Positions 49,441 through 57,901 of a DNA stretch of 64,000 nt are shown piece by piece. Below the pieces are notes generated by a model. It was not told the origin of the DNA, searched no databases, and saw only the letters and a program-made list of their open reading frames with translations. Where the stretch lies: assembly GCA_964451165.1 (NCBI GenBank), contig CAYVGJ010000002.1, positions 97,338 to 161,337 of the forward strand, in the 5' to 3' direction. Position numbers and translations under genes: made by a program. The first letter of the stretch is position 1, and every line of letters begins with the position of its first letter. The stretch is from an uncultured bacterium. GTDB lineage: Bacteria > Auribacterota > Auribacteria > Auribacterales > Auribacteraceae.

Positions 49441-50457
49441 ATGACTAAACTTTATTCAGTGGCAGTGGTAGGCGCAACAGGAGCTGTCGGTCAGGAGATG
49501 ATTCAGACGCTCGAAAAAAGAAATTTCCCTGTGGGGCAATTAAGATTGCTCGCTTCAGCAAGATCGCTGGGGAAAAAATGTGTGTTCAAAGGAAAAGAGT
49601 ATCCGGTTGAGGAGTTAACGGAGAACTCATTTGAGGGAATTGAAATTGCCCTTTTCAGCGCGGGAGGAAGTATAAGCAAAAAATTCGCTCCCTGTGCTGT
49701 TAAAGCGGGCGCTGTAGTTATAGACAATACAAGCGCATTCAGAATGGATCCGGATGTTCCTCTGGTTGTTCCGGAAGTTAATCCGGATGATATATTCAAA
49801 CACAATGGTATTATCGCCAATCCTAACTGTTCAACAATTCAGATGGTGCATGTGCTAAAACCATTACATGATTTCGCCAGAATTAAAAGGGTTGTAGTTT
49901 CTACATATCAGGCTGTATCAGGTGCAGGTATGAAAGCGATTGACGAATTACTTAAAGAAACAGAAGCAGTTTTACATAACAGAAATTATGAGCGAAAGAT
50001 ATTCCCGCATCAAATAGCGTTTAATGCGCTTCCGAGAATACCTCAATCCGGGGGAATTGAAGATGGCGGATATACCAATGAAGAAGTGAAAATGATAAAA
50101 GAAACAAATAAAATTATGGGTGACGATTCAATCCGTGTAACTGCAACCTGTGTGAGAATACCGGTTTTACGCGGACACAGCGAATCGGTAAATATTGAAA
50201 CTGAAAAAGATATTACCGTAGAAAAAGCCCGTGAACTCTTGGCTAAAACTGAAAATATGATTGTTCAGGATGATATTGAACACGAAATGTACCCGCTTGC
50301 CGTAAATTGTACGGGGAAATTCGAGACTTTTGTCGGCAGAATAAGAAAAGATGATTCGGTCAAACATGGTTTGAACCTTTGGGTTGTCAGCGATAACCTT
50401 CTTAAAGGCGCGGCATGGAATGCGGTACAAATCGCTGCATATTTAATCAGGAAATAA
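49441..50457 (+). CDS. asd: Aspartate-semialdehyde dehydrogenase
   Basis: VAVVGATGAVGQEM, the active-site IANPNCSTIQM, 338 aa, and the RBS aaaggag. Confidence 0.9.
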   Translation: MTKLYSVAVVGATGAVGQEMIQTLEKRNFPVGQLRLLASARSLGKKCVFKGKEYPVEELTENSFEGIEIALFSAGGSISKKFAPCAVKAGAVVIDNTSAFRMDPDVPLVVPEVNPDDIFKHNGIIANPNCSTIQMVHVLKPLHDFARIKRVVVSTYQAVSGAGMKAIDELLKETEAVLHNRNYERKIFPHQIAFNALPRIPQSGGIEDGGYTNEEVKMIKETNKIMGDDSIRVTATCVRIPVLRGHSESVNIETEKDITVEKARELLAKTENMIVQDDIEHEMYPLAVNCTGKFETFVGRIRKDDSVKHGLNLWVVSDNLLKGAAWNAVQIAAYLIRK

Positions 50458-50478
50458 GGTTTGTTTAAAAAGAAAAAA

Positions 50479-50510
50479 GCCCTGGGAGGGGACCGGGGCT
50501 TTTTCTTTTT
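50479..50510. terminator. Bidirectional rho-independent terminator between the convergent asd operon and the small minus-strand gene
   Basis: The GC-rich stem AGCCCTGG-gagggga-CCGGGGCT is followed by TTTTTCTTTTT on the plus strand. It is preceded by AAAAAGAAAAAA, a T-run for the minus strand. This is the only GC-rich hairpin of this quality in the window. Confidence 0.65.
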
Positions 50511-50534
50511 GGGCACATTTCGGGTAATACAATA

Positions 50535-50846
50535 TTACTGGTTTATCAATGCGTTAACTCTATAGTTGTCAATATTTATATGAAGCTTACTGGCTGAAGG
50601 GAGATTTCCTATTTTATTTAAAACATCAGACAAAATACTCGATGCTTGCTCAACGCTTGTTATATCCTGCTCTGAAGCTATTATATTTTCCTGTTTTATA
50701 GAATTTTTTAAACTGTCATCCAATACATCTTTTATTTCTTTTTCTTTTTTCTCGGGTTTGTTTTGAGCCGGTTTCTCATTATCAAAGAAAACTTTATTGT
50801 TCTTTAATAAATACTCGTTATTATTGACTATAGGTATATTCGACAT
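50535..50846 (-). CDS. Hypothetical small protein (103 aa), Lys/Glu-rich centre
   Basis: The ORF ends at the bidirectional terminator. No family was recognised. Confidence 0.35.
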   Translation of the reverse strand: MSNIPIVNNNEYLLKNNKVFFDNEKPAQNKPEKKEKEIKDVLDDSLKNSIKQENIIASEQDITSVEQASSILSDVLNKIGNLPSASKLHINIDNYRVNALINQ

Positions 50847-50961
50847 ATGTTTCCTCCTTGTACGTTTTCCTTATGATGATTTATTTTAAGCAACTATAAT
50901 GCCAACGTGTTGAATTTGATTTTTTATTAATAATTAATTTGTAACCGATAATCTATTATTT

Positions 50962-52395
50962 GTGAGAAAAAAGATGCTGTTGATAACAAAAAATAAGAAA
51001 AAAATATATTTTGAGAATATTTTTCTTTGTGTTTTTTTATCAATATTGTGTCTATTTTTTATATACAGGGTTTTTAATCTTTGTTTTTACCCGTTTCCTC
51101 TTGAGAATGGAGAAGGGATATGTGTTCATTTTACACAACTGCTGAATCAATGGAATTTATATAAGGATTTATCCGGATTTCCTTTGATTGTCGCAAATTA
51201 TCCGCCTGTATTTTTGGTTTTAAATTCTATACTTATGTATATTTTAAACCCTGCCAACCAATTTCTGATTGGGCGCTTGATATCGGTTTTATCTGTTATT
51301 GGATCGTGTATACTTATTTTCAAAATTGTTTACGGGCAATATGGAAATTTCAGAGGAGCGATAGCGTCGGTATTAATATTTATAATTTTCCCATGGGTAA
51401 ATATTGAGGGAATTATTTGCCGTGTGGATATGTTGGCGGGATTCTTTTCATTAGCTGGTTTTTATTTCATTCTGAAATCAGGCAATAAAAATATGTTCTT
51501 ATCAATATTATTCTTTTTATTGTCGTTGTTTACAAAACATACATTATGGGCCGCTCCGATAGCTGGTTTTACTTTTCTGGTACTTAAAAACAAAAAAGAA
51601 GGATTGAAATTCACTTTTTTATTCTTGTTTTGCGGATTAATGAGCTTTATGTTGTTGAATTTAACTACATCTGGAGAATTTTATAACAATCTGATTAAAT
51701 ATAACGCTTATACGTTTGAAATAAGTAGATTATTCCTATATATAAAACTATTTCTTTATAAAACGGTTTTTATTTATGGGATAGTCGCGTATTCTTTTTT
51801 AACAAAGAAACGTGTTAGTTATGTTTTCAGACTGTATTTTTTAGTGGCGATGTTTTCGATATTTTTGACAGGAAGGCAAGGATCGTCATCACATTATTTT
51901 TATGAAGCGACTTTCGCATTATGCATAATGTGTGGAGCTGGCTTATCACAATTGCCCGATAATAATAGAATATTGCGTGTGTTGTTCTTAATTTTGATTA
52001 TAGCCCAATTGTTTATAAATAAAGATATTTTTTCAAAGTTATCAGTAAGTTCAAACCGTTATATATCTGATAAATTGGGTGTTGATCAAATAAAGAAATT
52101 AAAAGGCCCTGTGTTGGCTGAAGATACAGGTATTCTGATAGCGGCGGGAAAAACAGTTTATGTTCATACGTTCGCGATATCGAAACTGATTGAACAGGGG
52201 ATTCTTGATTCGGGGTTTTATTATACGAAACTGGAAAACAATTTTTTTAAAATGGTTGTTCTCGATTCGAGATTTGATAGATTGAAATCATCTACTCGGG
52301 AAAGATTTACGAAAGACTCTCTTATAATATTGAACCGTAATTATAAGTTTTTAGATAAAATCGGAAGCAGGTATTTTTATGTACCCACTGAATGA
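50962..52395 (+). CDS. Polytopic membrane protein, putative GT-C-like glycosyltransferase
   Basis: About 12 TM helices over 477 aa with short loops. No soluble domain. The context is rich in glycan genes. Confidence 0.35.
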   Translation: MRKKMLLITKNKKKIYFENIFLCVFLSILCLFFIYRVFNLCFYPFPLENGEGICVHFTQLLNQWNLYKDLSGFPLIVANYPPVFLVLNSILMYILNPANQFLIGRLISVLSVIGSCILIFKIVYGQYGNFRGAIASVLIFIIFPWVNIEGIICRVDMLAGFFSLAGFYFILKSGNKNMFLSILFFLLSLFTKHTLWAAPIAGFTFLVLKNKKEGLKFTFLFLFCGLMSFMLLNLTTSGEFYNNLIKYNAYTFEISRLFLYIKLFLYKTVFIYGIVAYSFLTKKRVSYVFRLYFLVAMFSIFLTGRQGSSSHYFYEATFALCIMCGAGLSQLPDNNRILRVLFLILIIAQLFINKDIFSKLSVSSNRYISDKLGVDQIKKLKGPVLAEDTGILIAAGKTVYVHTFAISKLIEQGILDSGFYYTKLENNFFKMVVLDSRFDRLKSSTRERFTKDSLIILNRNYKFLDKIGSRYFYVPTE

Positions 52396-52468
52396 ATCAT
52401 TTGTTATTAATTATTACGCAACTTATTTCAAAAATAATTATGATAAATGAATTGTATTTGGATCAAAA

Positions 52469-53770
52469 CTAATTCTGCTTATGTTGTATCGCGCCGATAT
52501 CCCATTGATCAGACCGTTGGTTTCCAAAATAATCCGTAGTGAATTCAGATACTCTTTTCGCTCTTCCAATACAAGGGGAGTTTTCCTTTAGTTTTAAATC
52601 GGTTTTCGAGGTGAAACCCGGATCCTCGAAAATAGAATATTTATCTTTGCCGGATAAGCGTTTATAGATATTAAAAACTGATATGCTATAATTAATCCAC
52701 CATGCTGAAAAACCATTTTTTGAAAAGTAACAGTTATAATCGATCAAAAAATTATTTGTGTCGGGAGACGCGCAATAAACCTGAAAATTTCGTGGTTGTA
52801 CACTGACTATAATATTATTTATAACGACATTGTTTTCTTTGATGTCTTTTTTTATTGCAATGCCAAGCCCTTTTGAAAGTATAGTATTATTTATAATTTT
52901 ATTGTTTTTGCAGACAGAGTCGATTTTTGATAACCATATTCCCGCGCGAAGGTTTTCATCATAAATAATATTGTTATAAATCAAATGATCCGAACCTGTG
53001 ATGAACATTCCGTAATTGTTGCCTGTTATATAGTTGTTGGAAACAACGCAATTTTTCGGATAAAATGTCCCTATCTCAATCCCTGCTCCGTATAGTTTTG
53101 ACATGGAATTAACATAGCAATTTCTTATTATAATATTGGAACTTTTGTTCCACGCAATTATACCGTTAATCCAGTTGTTTGTTGCGACACAATGTTCTGC
53201 TTTTGAGTCTGTTGTGCTATGGTAATTCAAGCCGGCATCGTTTCCTTTAATAAAGGTGCATTTATAAAAGTTAATGTTTTTTGAACCTACAACAAGACAG
53301 GTGTCACCGCAGTTATCATTTTCAAAAAGGCAATTATCAAAATCGATATTTTTCTTTGCAGAAACAAGGCAAGAATGACAATTTTTGTTTTTTCCAGCAT
53401 AAAAGAAATGAATCTTGCTTACATCTGTATTTGATCCGATATAGGTTCGGGGCAATTTCGGACGCGGGTCGTACTCGGATCCATAATTTGTAATGGTATT
53501 GCGTGATGACTCGTTGTTTGATTCCGGAAAAACAAATGCCTTATTGTTTTCTTCGTTCCATATATCACCCGATCGGAATTTGACTGTATCGCCATTGAGA
53601 TTTAAGGATTCAACCTTTGAAAGTGTTTTATATGGGAAAGAAGGATCTGTCCCATTATTTGTATCTCTTCCCTGAGAAAACGATACATAATAAATCTTTC
53701 CTTCTGCGTTAATTTCAACCGGATAAAAAAATATAAAAAAAGCGACAATTATTAACAAAAATTTGTTCAT
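52469..53770 (-). CDS. Secreted right-handed parallel beta-helix (PbH1) repeat protein, pectate-lyase-like fold
   Basis: A signal peptide. Repeated N-x-I/V-x-x-N turns (NNYITGNNYGMFITGSDHLIYNNIIYDEN..., NNKIINNTILS..., NNVVINNIIVS) are typical of PbH1 repeats. Confidence 0.6.
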   Translation of the reverse strand: MNKFLLIIVAFFIFFYPVEINAEGKIYYVSFSQGRDTNNGTDPSFPYKTLSKVESLNLNGDTVKFRSGDIWNEENNKAFVFPESNNESSRNTITNYGSEYDPRPKLPRTYIGSNTDVSKIHFFYAGKNKNCHSCLVSAKKNIDFDNCLFENDNCGDTCLVVGSKNINFYKCTFIKGNDAGLNYHSTTDSKAEHCVATNNWINGIIAWNKSSNIIIRNCYVNSMSKLYGAGIEIGTFYPKNCVVSNNYITGNNYGMFITGSDHLIYNNIIYDENLRAGIWLSKIDSVCKNNKIINNTILSKGLGIAIKKDIKENNVVINNIIVSVQPRNFQVYCASPDTNNFLIDYNCYFSKNGFSAWWINYSISVFNIYKRLSGKDKYSIFEDPGFTSKTDLKLKENSPCIGRAKRVSEFTTDYFGNQRSDQWDIGAIQHKQN

Positions 53771-53776
53771 ATATTC

Positions 53777-54241
53777 CTATACTTTAATTGATTCAGCGTA
53801 AAAGTCATGTGCTCCGCTTGAATAAACCTTTGTCATTTTTTCAGCCCATTTCGGCATAACAAGTGATGGATTGAAATAATGATCGGCTCCGCCGGTTACA
53901 TCTTCGATAGCCTTAGAAAGAGCGTCATGTGCGATTCCATAAAGTTCTTCATAAATTTCTTTTTCTTTCTCAGTAAACTTTTTTGAAACAGCTTTCTGCC
54001 ATTCGTTTGAGTTAACGCCTGAAAATTGATATGGAGCAAATACAATATCTCTCAAAGATTTTCCGAATCGCGACGGTTTAGTCAATCGATTTGTGATAAC
54101 ACAAGCGATAGCTGTCGCATCCTTATGAAGAAATTCAGGTTTTTTTGATGCTTCGGAAAACAATAATGTGGTAAGTAATTTTGTATCGTCTTCGAGCCCA
54201 AATTCATCGATGGATTTCGCTATATTCTTTTCCGTTTTCAT
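53777..54241 (-). CDS. Cell-wall hydrolase, SleB-like (Hydrolase_2 family) domain protein
   Basis: AIACVITNRLTKPSRFGKSLRDIVFAPYQFSGVN matches the Hydrolase_2 core (V-x-N-R...ic...qFs). Confidence 0.45.
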   Translation of the reverse strand: MKTEKNIAKSIDEFGLEDDTKLLTTLLFSEASKKPEFLHKDATAIACVITNRLTKPSRFGKSLRDIVFAPYQFSGVNSNEWQKAVSKKFTEKEKEIYEELYGIAHDALSKAIEDVTGGADHYFNPSLVMPKWAEKMTKVYSSGAHDFYAESIKV

Positions 54242-54280
54242 AATAGGTACTCCTTTTATGAATTAATATTACATATATCA

Positions 54281-55552
54281 TTAATTCTGATATGCCGTAC
54301 CTGAAAGCATACCAGTAATAATATATTTTTGGAAGCATAAAAATAAAATTAAAACTGGCAAAGCGGATATTGCTGATGCGGCCATGAGATGCGACCAATC
54401 TACATCAAATAAACCTATATACAACGCAAGTCCGACAGGAAGTGTTCTCATTTCAACACTGTTTGTAAAAATAAACGGATAGAGAAAACTGTTCCATGTA
54501 TTGACAAATGTGTTTATTGCCACAACAGTAATCGCCGGTTTGCACATCGGGAAAATTATCCTGAAAAATATCTGGAAATATGAAGCGCCGTCGATTAAAG
54601 CTACTTCGGCAAAATCTTTCGGTATTTTTGAAATATATTGTTTCATCAAAAAAATATTTATCGGTGATATTAAAAAAGGGATGATCAATGCTTTGTAACT
54701 ATTTAGCCAGCCAAATCTCTGGACAAGAATAAACATGGGAACCATAAACAGTTGCATAGGAATCATTATCATAACCAAGGTCGATATGAATAATATGCGG
54801 CGAAAAGGATATGATTTCCATGAAAACGCGAATCCGGCCATGGTACTAAACAATATGTTGCCTAACATTACAAATAAAGATATCACGGTACTGTTTAAAA
54901 AATATCTCCCGAAAGACGCGGAAAGCAAAACTTCTTTGAAATTGGCGAAAGTAAATAATTTATAAAATAGAGAAATTTTGCTGATACGCAAAAATTGTGA
55001 TTTTGTGGAATTGAAACTCAAATATATTTCAGAAATGTTTGTTGAATTGATTTTATTCAGTTGAAAATTTTTTAAATTTATACATGTTATTTTATTTTTA
55101 ACAGAATTGGGTTCGGAAATAATAACTTTAGATGTCTGGTTGCCGTACGTATCAATGAATCCGATGATATATGATGGGAAACTTGTTTCGATACTTATTG
55201 TAAATTGCTCAAAATTATTTAGATTCTGTTTTAGCGGAATAATCAATTTCGCGTTGCCTCCGGATGTGTCAAAATTCATATTGATATCTAAATATTCGTT
55301 ACCATTTGAATTTTGAATACCGGTTGTTAATGAACATTTTTCCGTTATCCATCCATCCAGTGGGGTGTTTGATGAAGGTTTCCATAAAATAAGTTCATAA
55401 TCAGCTGAGTTAGTTATACCTTCGGGAGTGAACGCTATTTTTAATATTACATAAAATGGAGAAATCATGATCAAAAATAAAGGCAAAATTGCGAAAAACA
55501 ATATTATATTTTTTTTTGATACTCTTTTCTTGTTATCTTTCATAGATTTCAT
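54281..55552 (-). CDS. Carbohydrate ABC transporter permease (MalG/UgpE-like) with a ~190 aa extracytoplasmic insertion between TM1 and TM2
   Basis: The C-terminal permease core with the EAA loop (EVALIDGASYFQIFFRIIFPMCKPAI). The N-terminal TM1 is followed by a long hydrophilic Asn/Ser-rich segment. Confidence 0.7.
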   Translation of the reverse strand: MKSMKDNKKRVSKKNIILFFAILPLFLIMISPFYVILKIAFTPEGITNSADYELILWKPSSNTPLDGWITEKCSLTTGIQNSNGNEYLDINMNFDTSGGNAKLIIPLKQNLNNFEQFTISIETSFPSYIIGFIDTYGNQTSKVIISEPNSVKNKITCINLKNFQLNKINSTNISEIYLSFNSTKSQFLRISKISLFYKLFTFANFKEVLLSASFGRYFLNSTVISLFVMLGNILFSTMAGFAFSWKSYPFRRILFISTLVMIMIPMQLFMVPMFILVQRFGWLNSYKALIIPFLISPINIFLMKQYISKIPKDFAEVALIDGASYFQIFFRIIFPMCKPAITVVAINTFVNTWNSFLYPFIFTNSVEMRTLPVGLALYIGLFDVDWSHLMAASAISALPVLILFLCFQKYIITGMLSGTAYQN

Positions 55553-57761
55553 CCTTTTTAAAAATAAATATCTCTATTACAGATAAAAAGCCGATGATAA
55601 AAAATAGAATATAGCCGATTGCCGATGCTTTTCCCATATCGAACTCATGAAAGCCTGTTTTGTAAAGATAATAGACAAGAGTAAGGGTAGCTCCATGAGG
55701 GCCACCTTGTGTCATGGTAAAAATTTCGGGAAATACCTGAAAAGCTTTAACTGTGTTCAAAATAACCACGAGCAGAATAAAGGGTTTTAATTGGGGGAGA
55801 ATAACGTGAATCAATCTATTCCAGCTGTTTACTCCGTCAATGACACTTACTTCTATAGTTTCTTTGGGAATGGAATGTAGTCCGGCTGTAAGGATAATCA
55901 TATATAAACCAAAAGAATACCAAATATTCATTATCATAACTGATATCAGGGCAAGACTGGGATTGATAAGCCAATTATCCGGGAAAGGATTAGGTAAGTG
56001 TAACATAAAAAGCAATTTATTAAATATTCCTTCTGTTGAGAAAAAATAACTGAATACAGTGGATGCTACAATAACAGATATGGCTATCGGCGCGAATATT
56101 CCTGCCTGAAATACCCTGTGGAAGGGAACTTTTCTGTAAATTATCAAAGAAGTAAATAACGCAAGTAGCAGAGAAACCGGGCAAGTGCCAATAGCAAAAT
56201 ACAATGTATGCATAAATGACTTTTTAAATTCCGGATCAGCGAGTATTTTCGCGTAATTTCCAAACCCGCAAAAACCTGAAAAACCTTTTAAAGGGCTGAA
56301 GTCGGTCAAACTTAGCACAAATGAGTAAATAAACGGAAATAAATAAAAAATGATGAAAATTATAAGCCATGGAGATAAAAATAAATACATAGGAATGCTT
56401 TTACGAAAAGGTATCTCGCTAACGTAAGATTTTTTAATTATTTTCACAAGAATAAAGATGAAAATCGATAAAGATATAAAAGATATTATAAAAATAATTG
56501 TAGTAAACTTTGAATACAGGCTTTTCCCACCCCATTTGGATTCCAGAGATATGATATTAGCGATTCTTTCCGAGAGGTTTTTGATTACAATTTCAGCTTT
56601 TATATCATGAAAGAGCGAATCTTCTATCGACCATGAAATTTCTTCTTCTATTTGCGCCCATTTTGGGTTTGGCGGGGGAGACATGGAAGTTTTTATTTGG
56701 TCTATGAATATATTCTTATATGGAAGAGAAAGAAAATACGGATCATTCAGGCACTCTTTACTGGTTGGTATAAAACTTGGCACAATTTTAGTTATCTTCA
56801 TTTGTACTTCAGGAGATATTAAATAATCAATAAGCAGTTTCGAATCTTCGATATTTCGCGAACGTTTATAAATGCCGAGCACTTCCCCACCAAGAAAAGA
56901 TACTGAATTCTTATTATAGCCTGGAACTGTCGATACTCCGAATTTTAAACGGGGATTCAAACGAGGGATTAAACCAAGGTTCCAACCACCGGATATAATC
57001 ATTGCTACTTTGCCGAGCGAGAAATTACGGTCAATATGCGCCTGTCGGGTTAATAACGAATATCGGCCTATTTTTTTATAAAAATCCAAAGTGTCGATAT
57101 TGGTTTTACTGTTGATTGTTACTTCATTTGTCATCGGATTAAACAAAGATCCGCCCGCCGACCATAAAAAAGGAAGAAATGTTTGCCATGGAGTATAGTT
57201 CTCACCCACAGGAAGCGCGAATGGATAGACATCAGGACATTTTGATGCTATTTTAAATACATATTGCTCTAATTCATTCCAATCGGTTGGAGGAGCCTCA
57301 GGATCGATACCTGCTCGGGCAAAAATCTGTTTGTTATAATATAATACTCTTGTCCCGGCGACCCATGGAGCACTGTAATATTTGTCTTTCCATTTCAGAT
57401 TGGTTAAAACATCGTAAAAAAATTCTTTCTGATGGTTTCTTATGTAATCTGAAATATCATAAAGCAGTTCATTGGATGCGAAATAGGCCACCCATGTGGA
57501 ACCAAGTTCGCATACATCGAAAGTTATACCTGTAGCGATTGAGGTTATAATCTTATCCAGCCCGTCGCGCCAGTTTAATTGCTGCATTTTTACTTTTATG
57601 TGAGGATTTATTTTCTCGAATTCATCAAGTATTTTCCTCATCTCTTTCTCTGGAACGACAAACTGCCAAAAAACGAGTTCTGTATCTTTCGCAAAAAGAT
57701 TTGTGGAAAATAACAATACAAAAAATATAAAAAATTTATGAATTGATATTTTAATGCGCAT
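55533..57761 (-). CDS. Fusion of a family-1 extracellular solute-binding protein (N-terminal ~420 aa) with a MalF/UgpA-like ABC permease (C-terminal ~320 aa)
   Basis: A signal peptide. SBP motifs (LVFWQFVVPEKE..., WVAGTRVLYYNKQIF, GGWNLGLI). Then six TM helices with the EAA loop ETIEVSVIDGVNSWNRLIHVILPQLKPF. The reading frame is uninterrupted. Confidence 0.65.
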   Translation of the reverse strand: MRIKISIHKFFIFFVLLFSTNLFAKDTELVFWQFVVPEKEMRKILDEFEKINPHIKVKMQQLNWRDGLDKIITSIATGITFDVCELGSTWVAYFASNELLYDISDYIRNHQKEFFYDVLTNLKWKDKYYSAPWVAGTRVLYYNKQIFARAGIDPEAPPTDWNELEQYVFKIASKCPDVYPFALPVGENYTPWQTFLPFLWSAGGSLFNPMTNEVTINSKTNIDTLDFYKKIGRYSLLTRQAHIDRNFSLGKVAMIISGGWNLGLIPRLNPRLKFGVSTVPGYNKNSVSFLGGEVLGIYKRSRNIEDSKLLIDYLISPEVQMKITKIVPSFIPTSKECLNDPYFLSLPYKNIFIDQIKTSMSPPPNPKWAQIEEEISWSIEDSLFHDIKAEIVIKNLSERIANIISLESKWGGKSLYSKFTTIIFIISFISLSIFIFILVKIIKKSYVSEIPFRKSIPMYLFLSPWLIIFIIFYLFPFIYSFVLSLTDFSPLKGFSGFCGFGNYAKILADPEFKKSFMHTLYFAIGTCPVSLLLALFTSLIIYRKVPFHRVFQAGIFAPIAISVIVASTVFSYFFSTEGIFNKLLFMLHLPNPFPDNWLINPSLALISVMIMNIWYSFGLYMIILTAGLHSIPKETIEVSVIDGVNSWNRLIHVILPQLKPFILLVVILNTVKAFQVFPEIFTMTQGGPHGATLTLVYYLYKTGFHEFDMGKASAIGYILFFIIGFLSVIEIFIFKKDEIYER

Positions 57762-57834
57762 AAATGATCATAATATCAGCTAAGTATAACAAAAACAACA
57801 TAAAATATAATACAACTGTAAATATAGGTTTAAC

Positions 57835-57863
57835 TTGACTCAACCATGATTTACGGGTAAATT
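57835..57863 (+). promoter_or_regulatory. Candidate sigma70-type promoter (TTGACT-17-TAAATT) upstream of pcrA
   Basis: TTGACT at 57835-57840, a 17-nt spacer, and TAAATT at 57858-57863, about 40 nt upstream of the ATG. Confidence 0.25.
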
Positions 57864-57901
57864 AGAGCATTGTCTTTAAACTCAATAAATCAGGATAAAT
57901 A

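Noticed and set aside
50535-50846. Small minus-strand protein as a FlgM-like anti-sigma factor
   Set aside because: The length fits, but the C-terminal region does not show the FlgM conserved helix pattern. No flagellar genes are nearby.
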